A stretch of 62,950 bases of DNA, the filler included, from Platydemus manokwari (taxonomy: Eukaryota): NCBI GenBank assembly GCA_037951405.1. It is 6 parts of 6 records of this genome, joined end to end, with 100 filler letters (N's around TTAATTAATTAA, not from the genome) between each part and the next. Parts side by side here need not be neighbours in the genome. Positions count along the whole stretch, not along the records: positions 10,160 to 19,388 come from JBBMOY011280206.1; positions 19,489 to 28,212 come from JBBMOY011359649.1; 4 more parts are not named here. One strand, 5' to 3'. The stretch's first letter is position 1. Each line of letters begins with the position of its first letter. Of the stretch, positions 12,879 to 24,426 are shown piece by piece. A model generated the notes under the pieces. That model searched no databases, was not told where the DNA came from, and worked only from the letters and a program-made list of their open reading frames with translations. Made by a program: the position numbers and the translations under genes.

Positions 12879-13180
12879 TCTGCTCGAATAGGACATTAAA
12901 GTTTCAAATGGTTGTTTATATTTAAAAAAGATCTCGAAATACTATCCAAAAATACGAACAATTATTGTAATAAAATTATGAAAACAAATGAAGCCTATCT
13001 GAATTGTTATGAATCATATGGTATGATTAGAATTTTCTTTTCATTGTATAGACTTTTTGATTGATTCTCGTTCAAATGTGAATCAGTCGTCGAACACCTT
13101 CAAATTAAACGACTCTGATGAAAGCGCAGAGCTAATACGTGTTAAATATCACTTTGTATATCGTCAATTTGTCGTTTTGA
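12879..13180 (+). mobile_element. Penelope-like element 3' end (GIY-YIG C-terminus) plus pseudo-LTR with degenerate hammerhead
   Basis: One frame reads SARIGH*...KKDLEILSKNTNNYCNKIMKTNEAYL, resembling the Penelope GIY-YIG end (SAxxxH...DFEIL...LxxxEAxxI). A CTGATGA core follows at 13115-13121. Confidence 0.55.
13107..13178 (+). ncRNA. Degenerate type I hammerhead ribozyme
   Basis: aaacgact-CTGATGA-a-agc(gcaga)gct-AATA (GAAA expected)-cg...cGTC-aatttgtcgttt. Stem II is agc/gct, stem III is acg/cgt with a GUC cleavage triplet, and stem I is aaacgac/gtcgttt (bulged). Confidence 0.4.
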
Positions 13181-15726
13181 AAATGTAATGACAAATAAAA
13201 TAGAATTTTATTCACAAATTTCTGTTGGTTGAGCAAACTAAAAAGTTCTTATATCACAGAATGAATCTTTATGATTCGATAATTGTTTTAAATAAATGGC
13301 TTTCAATTAAATGTTTCATTCCATTTCATATTAGCTATCTATAATTATGAGGCTTTCATAATAAATTCATAACCAAATTCACTATTATTTCAAAATATAA
13401 TCCAATCTTCAACTTGCTTTTTAAACATGGCTTTAATTATTAAATTTTATAATTTAATTAAACGATTAATAAACATAATTTACATGAGATAAGATATATT
13501 CAGGCTTGATGGAGAAAGAATTCTATCAATGAGATCTTCTACTACAAAACATTACGATATTGCAAATTATCTACGACTACAATTGGCCAATGTATAGACG
13601 AGACGATAAAGAACAATTATAATCACCATTACTATCAAGCACTCAATATCATAAACAGAGCCGATCCGTGTAAATAGACAAGAATTAAGTGATTTTGTAG
13701 ATAATTGTTGAATAAAAATGTGACAATCGTCAATATAAACACAATGAAAAACTGATAAACATTTGTCGATGCGAGGCTAAAGACTTACACAAAATCAATT
13801 AACTGAAAAACGTCTAAAACTAAACAGATCGAATCCATTACAAGCTGGTAAAACGTTAATATATCAATGTTATATTAGAACATTGCTCAGTATGGATGCT
13901 CATTAAATAAAGTAATGATAGCAAACGATAATAAAAGCCGAACTTGGTGTATGGGAGGCGTCTGTAGAAAAATTTCCAATAATGGAATGGCAGGAGCAAA
14001 GTTTCATATATTAAATAACTGCGTGGATAAACTGTGTCATGTTTTTTTTATTGCAGTTTCATATGGGCAGGGAATGGCAAATGATGAGCGTCAACTGTAT
14101 TGATGTGCTACGTAAAATGCAGAACGCAGTAAAAGGTGAGTTAATCAATCGTAAGAAAGGCATTTCAATGCATAGAATCTTTATATTTACATTTAAATAG
14201 GGGTTAGGGAACCAGCTATTTCGTTAAGTGAAAATAAGACTCCCATCATGGGGATTACGGTTGATATTATAGAAAGGTTATCTATTCAATAATGTTACTA
14301 CATTAAGATAGCTATAGCAAAAAAGCTTTTCATCATATTGAGTTAAACATTTTCCCCTTATTTTGCCTTTATGATAAAATTAAGACTCCTTATTATTTTT
14401 CATAAATAAAATTTTAATATCTTGTCAACATATATCAAATCAAACGGACAAGCTATAACCCGACAAGTTGGTATATTTCTAAGTATGTAATCTACTCTAA
14501 ATTAAATGCCGATTGAGACCAAAAACTATCCTATCTAATTTTCATTGAGTTTTCAACAAAAATTTTGTGATTTTTATCATAATAAACTAATACAAGAGTT
14601 TTCAAAGTAGTTCACAATAATAATGAAATTTTAAGAGATCTTCTGAGTAATAATATCTATTTTACAGATTTATTGTTGTACATGTTGGAATGATAAACCA
14701 ACACTGACGTAGGTCGATAGAGACATTACTATAAACGATTTGCGCCAATCATGCTGATAACAAAGCGTGTAATATGATATTTTTATGACACTTCTATAAA
14801 GCACCACGGAACAATTAGACAGCGTAAAATAACATGAATTAATTTATCAGACGTCATTCTTATTTCGTAAATTTATTGACCTGATTCTTTTAGCAACGAA
14901 TTATGGTACACTATTAAGTGGCTCATTTCCGTCTGTAGGTAGACGCGATTCCATTCTGTTACGTTGAATAGTTTTATTTATTTGACTTCCCGTTACATAA
15001 AATGTCGAAATTAAACTTACTGTTTAAGAAATACGAAATGACAAGAAATCATAACTCAATGTGGTTTTTAATAAAATATTATCGATATTTGCGGAAAGAA
15101 AACTAACATGCACTTTGAGTCGGAAACTGAAATAATCTTTTCCATTCTGAAGTCAAGACTGATTGAAAACTCTCACAAGAATAAAAATGCCAAGCAACAC
15201 TAAACAGTATCGGTCTTCATTAGCAAAGGAAGGTTTATATTAATAATAATTTTTAATATATGATATTAAATTTTACCTTGAACAACAATTAATTATAATT
15301 AATTTAAAAAATCTGAATATTAAAAAGATATCATTGCTCATTAAAATAAATTTATTGACTACATGCTATAACTGAAGCATTCCACTTATAATTTGAAAAT
15401 TTTATTTAAATAGTTAGAACAATATCGATTTTATTTACCATTTATCTTTTAATCAAGTAACTTGATAGATTACAATATTAATAAAAAGGCTTAGAGTATT
15501 ACGACAAATTTTCCGATCAATCTCATGAATCTCGTATGAACAAGGATATAACAAAGAGATATACAGGTGTAATTCATTGTACAAACATAACAAGATCAGT
15601 ACGCATGTGAAAACCGCCAAATAGGGAGAAATAAAGAACAATTGAAACACTAAGGATTTGAAACAAAATTTTAAAATAAGCTACTGATGGATTATAATTT
15701 GAAAGTAATAAATCATTAAGTCATAT

Positions 15727-17140
15727 CGTTGATTCCCAAAGTGGGCGCTACAAGGATCCAGAGGGCCGGTTGTGAACACAAGCTCATTTGGGGGCGATAA
15801 TACTATAAGAATGTAAGAAAATGATTATTAAAAATTTTGATGGATCTCGTTTGCTCAAAACGCTTAATTTGTCTTTAAACAGCACACTGTACGTTCTCAC
15901 TAATTTTTATTGAAGTATGTGTAATCGCGCACTCAATGCTACTGCTTGTGCACTTAGTCGCTTGCAACACCGAAGTCTGGTAGTAGAGTGGTAGTATTTC
16001 TGGGATTCCCCGTAATGATGAACTAAAATAAAACTAAAAGAAAGGTTAGTTTGTTGTGATATTACGAGAAGTTAAAATTAAGTAACAAACAGTGCAACTG
16101 GAATTGGTAAGTATTAAATATTTTGTAACAATAATAAGCCCTTTACAATCAATAATATGATGTTTATTGATTACATCAGAATTTTAATTTGCTTTTTACA
16201 AAAATATATCTGAAAATACCTCTATATAAATTTTATTTCTCCATAGATAGTAATGGCTTAAGCAAAGAAAAAGTTTCTACAATATAATTTAGAATGTTTG
16301 AAATACAGATTTATCGAATCCCCTGTAAATATTACATTACCAATGTGTCTTATTTGTCAAAAGATTTTGTTAAACTAAGCGATAAAGCCTTCGTAATTAC
16401 AAGAACATTTGAATAAAATCCATGGCGATAAAAAGAATAAAGATTTAACTTTTTTTTAAACACTAAAAGAAAAATTTATTAAACAACCGATATTGGGAAA
16501 ACTCTTTTCAAATGTTAACAATGGAGATGGCGATGGCTTGCTTGCTAGTTACAACATTTCATTAATGATTGCGAAATCGGGAAGTAATACGTACTGTTCT
16601 GCATAATCCAGTATTTGATATTATCAAGAAAATTTCTTTGAGTAATAACACAGTGCAAAGAAGAATTGATGAAATGGTGGGAAGATATTGAAGACTCATT
16701 ATGTGAATATTTAAAAACATCTCGGTTTTCTATTCGACTAGATGAGTCAACTTTGCAGGTAATGAAGCTTTTTAGATAGGTTTTACAAACTGTTTAATTG
16801 ATAGAGATGATGTATTACGATCCAATTTAGTTCAATCCAAAAGTGACATCACTTACTTGACAGACTTATTCCAAAAACTTAATGAAACCCATTTTCAGAT
16901 TCAAGGTGATGAGGTAAATTTAATAAAAACAAAATCGGTTATATCTGCATTTTTTGCAAAAACTATTCTTGTACAAGCGAAACCTTGGACGAGTGGAAAT
17001 CAGACAGTTCCCAAATTTAGCAGGAGCACAAAGTAAAATTGAAAACATGCTATCATATTGTGAGCACTTGGATGCTCTACATTTAAATTTTACTCAACGA
17101 TTTGATGATATTTAGAAAATAAATATGTCAGATTTGATTT
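15727..17140 (+). mobile_element. Buster/Charlie (ZBED5/SCAND3-like) hAT DNA transposon, decayed and internally deleted
   Basis: Left TIR remnant c(gt)tgattcccaaagtggg. Pseudo-ORF LPMCLICQKILLN*AIKPS*LQEHLNKIH (BED finger, ~16337-16423), GLLASYNISLMIAKSG, KKISLSNNTVQRRIDEM (~16626-16675) and FSIRLDEST (~16726-16752, catalytic D). Confidence 0.9.
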
Positions 17141-17239
17141 TGGATCAATTTATATTTATTTATATATATTTATAATAAATTTTTCACTATCTAATTTACC
17201 TGATCCTAAATTATTTTTTTATTTTTTCATCAATATCTT

Positions 17240-17886
17240 CAAGGAGTTGCAGGTATTGTTATATGAATTTCAACTGCAGTAAAAGTGAAACAAGCTAAGA
17301 AAACTGATGCAGAAATTGCAAATCTGAAGCCTAACAACGAATTAATCAAGTTAAAATCTAAAAATTAAGGAGCAGGAGTTCCTTTAAATCCTTATGAAGG
17401 TTTATATGATTTTATACACAATACTAGATATGAAAAGTTACCATTTCTACAAAATATAGATGAAAAGGAATTTATTTGAATCCTTATATAAAAGAATGAA
17501 CAAAGTTCTGTAAAAACTAACATTCGAAAGAACTCTCTGTTCCTTCAAAAAAGAATCATAAAATTTGAGAATAAATTAAGTGAATTGATAAATATAATAT
17601 CTAAAAATGTAATTCAGCAATAATTTCTATCAGTAAATGTTCATAATGGAGTTTCTTGGTTCTTCTAAAATTAGATAAAAGATTTGAATATGAAATTGGT
17701 TTAATGTCTATAAGTGTTTATAATTCTGTGTACAATATTAATGATAGTAATAATTCTTTTGAATATGAAAATATATTATATAAAATTCCACCTAGTGCCA
17801 GAGAAATTCCTGATATAAGTGAAAGTCTAAAAAATGTTATTGGTACGTATAAATTTAATGGGGAAAAAAATCAAATATTTATTTAA
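17240..17886 (+). mobile_element. Maverick/Polinton (adintovirus-like) fragment: small conserved virion-type ORF plus N-terminus of minor capsid (penton-like) protein
   Basis: GVAGIVI*ISTAVKVKQAKKTDAEIANLKPNNELIKLKSKN*GAGVPLNPY resembles the Polinton 'GGAAGIAKAV...RHN...GKGLYLKPY' protein. ORF 17656-17886 LKLDKRFEYEIGLMSISVYNSVYNINDSNNSFEY...IPPSAREIPDISESLK resembles the Polinton penton 'IELDxxYEVAL...YNSIPNI.E.NNKF.Y...IP.G.YEI.DI'. Confidence 0.65.
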
Positions 17887-19388
17887 ACACAAATATGATC
17901 TTCTTCGAGGTGGTGGGAGAATCCCTCACCTCTTTTTTGTTTCGTAAGTTCAATGATTTCGTACATGTTTCTTCCTGGATAATGCCATAGAAATTCTTCT
18001 AACATCCATGGTTTTGGCAGTTCCATTCTTGGCCATTGCCAATAATTTTTTTTATGTTTGAGTTTTTCATAGATGAGCAGATGAGAAAATTTACATTAAT
18101 AAACTGATCGAATATTTTGAAAATACAAATTTTGCACACATTATTGGAGATCTCGAATAAAAGTTCATGTTGGTGGAACGTCATTGTAATATGAGTGAGA
18201 ATATGATTCAGTCTAATTGGAATACTAGCATAAGTCTCAGAACCTTTGGCTCGAGATCGAATAACTTTCTGGGATGAATAAATTTGTAGTCAGTTGAGGC
18301 ATCAGTTCATTGTCAGCCTATACGGAGTATTCAAATATTGACGATGCGTGCAGGGTGAGGAAAGGTTGGTAATACTTGGGACTGTTTAATGAGTTGTGCT
18401 TTGTCTAAATCAAAAATAATTAAAATCATTGGAATCGGAGCCGCGTTTGGGTATTGAATCGAAGACGAGTAGACAAAATTTTCCTGATTGAATGAGATGA
18501 TCCTTGAGATGAATTGGAGAAGAGTATGGATCATGAGATGATGACCTATTGTATGAGTGGGGTTGCTCAACCGAATATCAGAAATAGCGGGCACATTTGT
18601 CGGGAGCTTTTCTTTAAGTTCGAGTAGACGGAATGTTATTGATTTTTTGAAGAAATTTTCTAATAATTAATATAGGTGAACTGGTTTTGTTTTTATGTCC
18701 TTGAGTCATTTCTAATTTATCATTTACATATGCCAGGCACTCTTCGTTTTCGATAGGCTGCTTATTTTTAATGTTGGTTGTAACGTAAAGACTTAAACTT
18801 TGGTGTGCCATTAACTCGAGAAAATAGAGCATTCTGAAATAAAGAAAAATTTTCTAAAACAAGGTCATATGACAAGGTTGAATTAATTAAAATGTTTTAT
18901 ATTCTTTTTAAAATTTTTTTATCGTTATTATTTTATATTATATTTATTGGGATTCTACATACAGATTGTTTTAGGTTTGCCTAAGTTCTGATTGTTGACC
19001 AAGTAATTTGAGGGTTTTGAACAGATTTATGTCTTATATGAATGATCACATATTTCGAAGATTATTTTGTATTTTGTTCATTATTTATTAATAATAGCCT
19101 ACGTATGTTTATCCCAACAATATATAGTGTAATATGGATTTTACACAAATGTAGGTTACGTGATCTAAACCTTCGGCAGATTGTACAATTAAATACACCT
19201 AATATATTTATGTAGGATATAAACTGGATCACACTGCTTTGAGGAAATTGGCTGGCTTCGGTAGTAAATTTTATCTTAGTAGTATGTTACACCAGTGTTT
19301 GACGCCGGGAAGCTCAAAATGAATCACATATGATACAAGCATTTAGCAATTTGAAAAACTATTAATTTTTGAACTAGTATACTATACG

Positions 19389-19488
19389 NNNNNNNNNNNN
19401 NNNNNNNNNNNNNNNNNNNNNNNNNNNNNNNNTTAATTAATTAANNNNNNNNNNNNNNNNNNNNNNNNNNNNNNNNNNNNNNNNNNNN
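19389..19488. other. Assembly gap spacer
   Basis: N44-TTAATTAATTAA-N44. Confidence 0.97.
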
Positions 19489-19558
19489 GTAGTTTTTAAA
19501 AAATTTTGATTTAAAGTTCAATATATAAAAATCGGACATTTCATATGGGACAACCTAA
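19489..19558. mobile_element. Mariner right end truncated by gap
   Basis: Reverse complement reads TA-ttaggttgtcccatatgaaatgtccgattt, a TTAGGTTG-type mariner TIR with TA target at 19559-19560. Confidence 0.65.
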
Positions 19559-22149
19559 TACATATATATGTGTGTTTGTGTGTATCTAATTTTCCTTGAC
19601 GATCACTTAAAATTGTTATATGAACATAGTGTTATCAAAACCTCAGGAATAAATTTGGAAAACATGTTAAATTCAAAAAAGTGGAATATTAAAAGGCTTT
19701 TCCCAGAAACACTCGTCATATTCAAGTCTATGTTTATATTTATTTACTAGACAGTATTAATGTTGTCACTGGAATTGTGTTGTAATAAAGCGAAATTTAA
19801 GATAATGAATTAGCTGTTTTAGGAAAATTATAAAATATCCGTGTTTACATTGTGTAACATGTGCAAATTAAAATAAAACCTTTTAAGTTCATTTAGAAAT
19901 ATCCACGATATGGTTTGTGATTAAATTAATTATCATCTATTCCAAATATGAACTTTTAATTAAAGATCTCAACATAAAGAAAAGAAAATTAACAACCGAG
20001 GTAAATTATACTGCGATTACAGTGGCTAACATTATATATATAATAATATAACAATAATAAATTAAATAAATAAATAAAATTATTAAAAAAAAATTATTTA
20101 TAACCATTTTTATAAATTTCATGTAAGTGGTAAATCACAGAAAATTTAAATAATTAAACAAAATAACAATAATTAAAATATGAATTGATAAAATATATGC
20201 AAAACAGCTGATAAAGGAAACCTCTAAATATACTAGTGTTAGATGTCATGTCAAATGCAAAGAGATTTTAATCCAACAACACATTGACTTCTGAATTATA
20301 TTATTTAAAGACAGATTTTCATACATGTTTTATGATTCAGTGAAATGAAACGTCAATGTTTACACCAGTTTGTTCATCTAACATCGTGTAATAATTTTAT
20401 AAATACTCCTCATCAGTGTAATTAATATTTATAATTATCGGATAATATATTATTATTATTATTATTTTATTATATTTATACTTTTATCTATTTTTATCAT
20501 CATATCCAAATTTTTATATTATTATTGTTATTGTCGTTTCTACATTGTCATTATTAGTATCATTATCTTTTAATATTGTCATCATTGTATCGAAATTGAA
20601 AGGAAAGGACAAATTAATGATAAAAAGATATTGTTGTAAATAATAAATAAATCTCAGAAATCTGCATTAGATTCATTTTGCTGTAATAATTTTTATCGTC
20701 TTTAAAGTGATCCCTCACTGACTCATACACTTTTCTTCAAATCCTGAAACTTTTCGCAAAGTTGTTTTTTGAAAATGACCTTTAATGCCTTACTTGATTC
20801 GGTTTTTGATGGATTTAAAAGGGTGCCAGTACTCAGATGGTGCCAAATCAACCCAATATAATTATTTTTTGATTAAATGAAATGAATATTTTTATGATGA
20901 CATCTCAGCGAACAAATTCATTGTGAGATCGTGCATAGAAGTGGTGCATAAACAAGTGTTGTCTACTCGAATAATATCTGTTGTTAATGGCTTAGCTTAT
21001 CTTTGGTATGATATTCACTCGATTGATCGGTAATTAAATCTAAGTCTAACTTCCCTACTTTTCATTTCATTGTTTCTGGGTAGTCAGAAAATATAGTTTT
21101 ACAACATTACCGTTTTGGAGTTTTTCCCAAAATTCTGAATGTTCTTGGTACCAATAAACATTTTATTCGTTCCGGTTTTCGATATAGACCGGTCATTAAA
21201 AGCCTTTCAACAACACAAATTCAATTCAGCATCTATTCAAACACTATAAAAATAGAAAAATCACTTTTTGTTTTGACAAAGTCAAACATAAGTTTTCAAC
21301 CAATGAAAATAATGTCGTGATATTTATACCATATACCAAAATACCAATCTGAAAAAAAAAATTTTTACTAATAGATAAATTCGATAATTTTAAATTGAAA
21401 ATTCTCGGACATGCTTGGTAACAATAGTATGTCACGATAATTACTAAGACTAAATGACAGACGAATATAATTTTCAGATCACACAATTTTAACAAAAAGG
21501 GCAATACACAACACTCAAAATTTACAAAATCGAAGTTACTCAAACTACAAGTCTAAAAATCTAAATATTAAAATATTAATCGATTCTGCATTAAGAGATA
21601 AAAATGGAGACGAAAGATACCAATCATAAAACGGATAATTGTCTTCGAGAATCGACTGCTTACTGTTTGTGTTGACTTTGTGTTTTACAGCTCTGCTTTT
21701 CGTTTGTTAGGAATGTCTAAATTATTGATAAATTTTCTTCTATGATGTGTCCCAATTGGCAGTCGAAACCAAACAATTGCATTGTAATCTTATATGCACA
21801 TACTATTGTAGCAAAAGTGCAAACACCTAATTTAGCATTATTCAACTTGAATGTTGTATGAATAGTTCTTCCTTTGTATTTATGATTGACATGCAAATAA
21901 ATACACAAGATAAATTATAGTAGACTCATTTACAAAATAGAGCTGCGTTGCGAACGGTGTAGCGCCATGATCTGCATAAATATAATTTTAAAGTCTTTTA
22001 AAACATTTGAGATTATTGATTAAATTTTGTTGATTTTTGGGTTCCAGATAATAATATGATAAAATTATAATTTTACAAAATTTAGTACTTCGTCTGTAAA
22101 ATATTTTTCTTAAATTGAAATTAGCATTTAGTTCAAAATTCAATCCCTA

Positions 22150-24240
22150 TTATTACTAGCATTAGTTCTAACTCAATTAATTATGGCCACCGAATAAATC
22201 ACTCCAAGTTTTTCTAAAGAATGGAAAACATATTCGATAATCATGATTCGCCACAGATGAAAGAAGGAAACTATAACAAACCAGGATCATGGAAGCCAAT
22301 AGCTGCAACAAAATTCCAACAACGATTCTATGCCACTACAATTTAATCCATCCAATGCCAAAAAGTCTTGGCCCAATAGATGGATGTACCGAACACAATT
22401 TTCAATGACGGGCTCTCCTAGAAGAATACTCAAAGAAAGGAAGTCATGATCTACACATAGCTTTCCGTCTATCAATGCCGAAGCAATGCTCTTCGTGCTT
22501 GGACATATGGGAATAGAAGAAAGTTCATTTAATCTGATTCGATGCCTATATCTAAAGTGTTAGACAACTTACAGATGCGGAGATTACAAAACAATGCCAA
22601 TCGAAATGAAGAGCCTAGTCCGACAAGGGTGACCAGTATTGATGTTATTATTCGATATTTCGATAAACCCAATTCAAAGTAAAAATGAACAAAATCGAAT
22701 GGGTGGACTAGTTCTAGCAAACAACAAGATATCTTGCGTCGATGGAAATCGGGAAAGTTTACAATGATCAATAATGCCTCTGGACTTGGGAAACAACTCG
22801 GGTCCATATTTAAACCTTCAAAATGAGGATACCTGCACAATCTAAAACAGTGCTCACTACTGAACGACTTATATTTCGACAAAGAAACTGATTGACATTG
22901 AAAACTAATACAGATATTTTCTCTAAAGTTACACAATTCGACGGATGACTCATTCAAAGATATGGAAAATATGATGGAGAATCTTCCAATTTAACCCTAC
23001 TTCTGTGGCAAAAACTAAAGGCCTTTGAGTTATTTCCATACAGCAAAGAAATTATTATATTAAGTACACGAAATTGTGGGAATTCAATGTCATGATCAGG
23101 AAAAACCTCAAAATTATATTAGAAATACCAAAATATTGCAGTACCAACTATCTGTACGCGTCAAAAGCCAACGGAAGATTTGGATCACGAAATATGTCCG
23201 AAGATTACATTATGCATGCATACTATCGGCATTCAAGCAAGCATGACATAATCATATTGGCCGCCAGTCGCAGAATGAAATAAAAGAAGTGAATGATGCA
23301 CTGGATTGGCTCAGCTCTCACATTTCAGGCACTTGGAGAAGAAAAAAGTAGTGGGACAAGGTTAGAGAAGCCATCAAATACGCAGCCAAGAAACTTCATA
23401 CGACAATACGCTTCGAGATAATCAACAACTCTCTGATGCTCCGAGTCGACCAGAAAATGTGCTCAAAAGGAAAAAGCTATGAAAGATCAGCTTAATGGAG
23501 AGCAAAAAGGTTTTCCACTGTTACTCAACAATTGCCGAATTCCAGTTCATCAACAAAGTCAAAACATATACTCTGTCAGCGTTAAATAAGAAATTAATGA
23601 ACGGAATGGCCTCCAGGAAATGCCTCTATCCAACAGAATTGTAAACACAAATATTGACTATGAGTAAACTGTCGTACTCCTACAAACTGTTTGGACATGA
23701 CCAAATAATGAAGATTGTCTCAAATTGGGTAGTGAATAACACCGACTACCAAATATATATTGACAAAAAGTGCCAGTTATACGATTGCAATCTTCAACTA
23801 AAGAAAATCAACAATTATGCTGATCAATGTGAATTGACCCATGGACAAACCGATACGAATCGAAGAGATGAATAAAAAAATCTAGAAAAGTAAGCCACCC
23901 TTTGATATGATGTTAAAAAGAATAGACCAAAATACACAAATGAGCTCCACACATTAATTGTAGGAGTACTCGAAACATGGGTAAAGTCAAATTATACAAT
24001 CCTTAGAAAACTCGGATTGTCGCAGCAAATTTTCTTTTAAAATTGTATTAAATCAAACATCAATGCATCGTTCTTCCAATGACAATTCTACATGGGACAA
24101 AGGAATGCAGAGAATCTTTGGTAATGAACAATGACTTCTGTACAAATCCACTGTGACTCAGAGAACAATGACAACTAACCGGACGTAACAATGTAAACTG
24201 GACGAGACTATGTAAAGAAGCTTATGTGATGTTAGAATCG
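22150..24240 (+). mobile_element. Decayed R2/NeSL-type (restriction-like endonuclease) non-LTR retrotransposon
   Basis: RT motifs NKPGSWKPIA (~22276-22305) and PMPKSLGPIDGCTEHNFQ (~22352-22405; cf. QKGFxxxDGCxEHNF). Also IRKNLKIILEIPKYCSTNYLYASKANG, GHDQI (cf. RHD/RHN), and the C-terminal LIVGVLETWVKSNYTILRKLGL typical of RLE domains. Many stops and frameshifts. Confidence 0.75.
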
Positions 24241-24426
24241 ATCAAAAGAAAGTTTCTGAAATTAGAAGTCAGTTGATATCTGGCTAACCACTTACGTAAT
24301 GTTTATAAATAAATATTAGTTTTTTTATATTACGGTAAACAACAAAATTCGATGCCTACATTTATTAAATCTTCTGATCATCTTACATAATAAATATATA
24401 ATGAATCATTCAGCAGTTCAATGTAT

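Noticed and set aside
17950-18840. Minus-strand ORF fragments, possibly LTR gag/protease
   Set aside because: Only a weak DASTDYKFIHP protease-like hint; insufficient to call.
20850-21980. Splice-site-bounded GC-richer segments on the minus strand
   Set aside because: Stops in all frames; a lncRNA or small gene cannot be supported without expression data.
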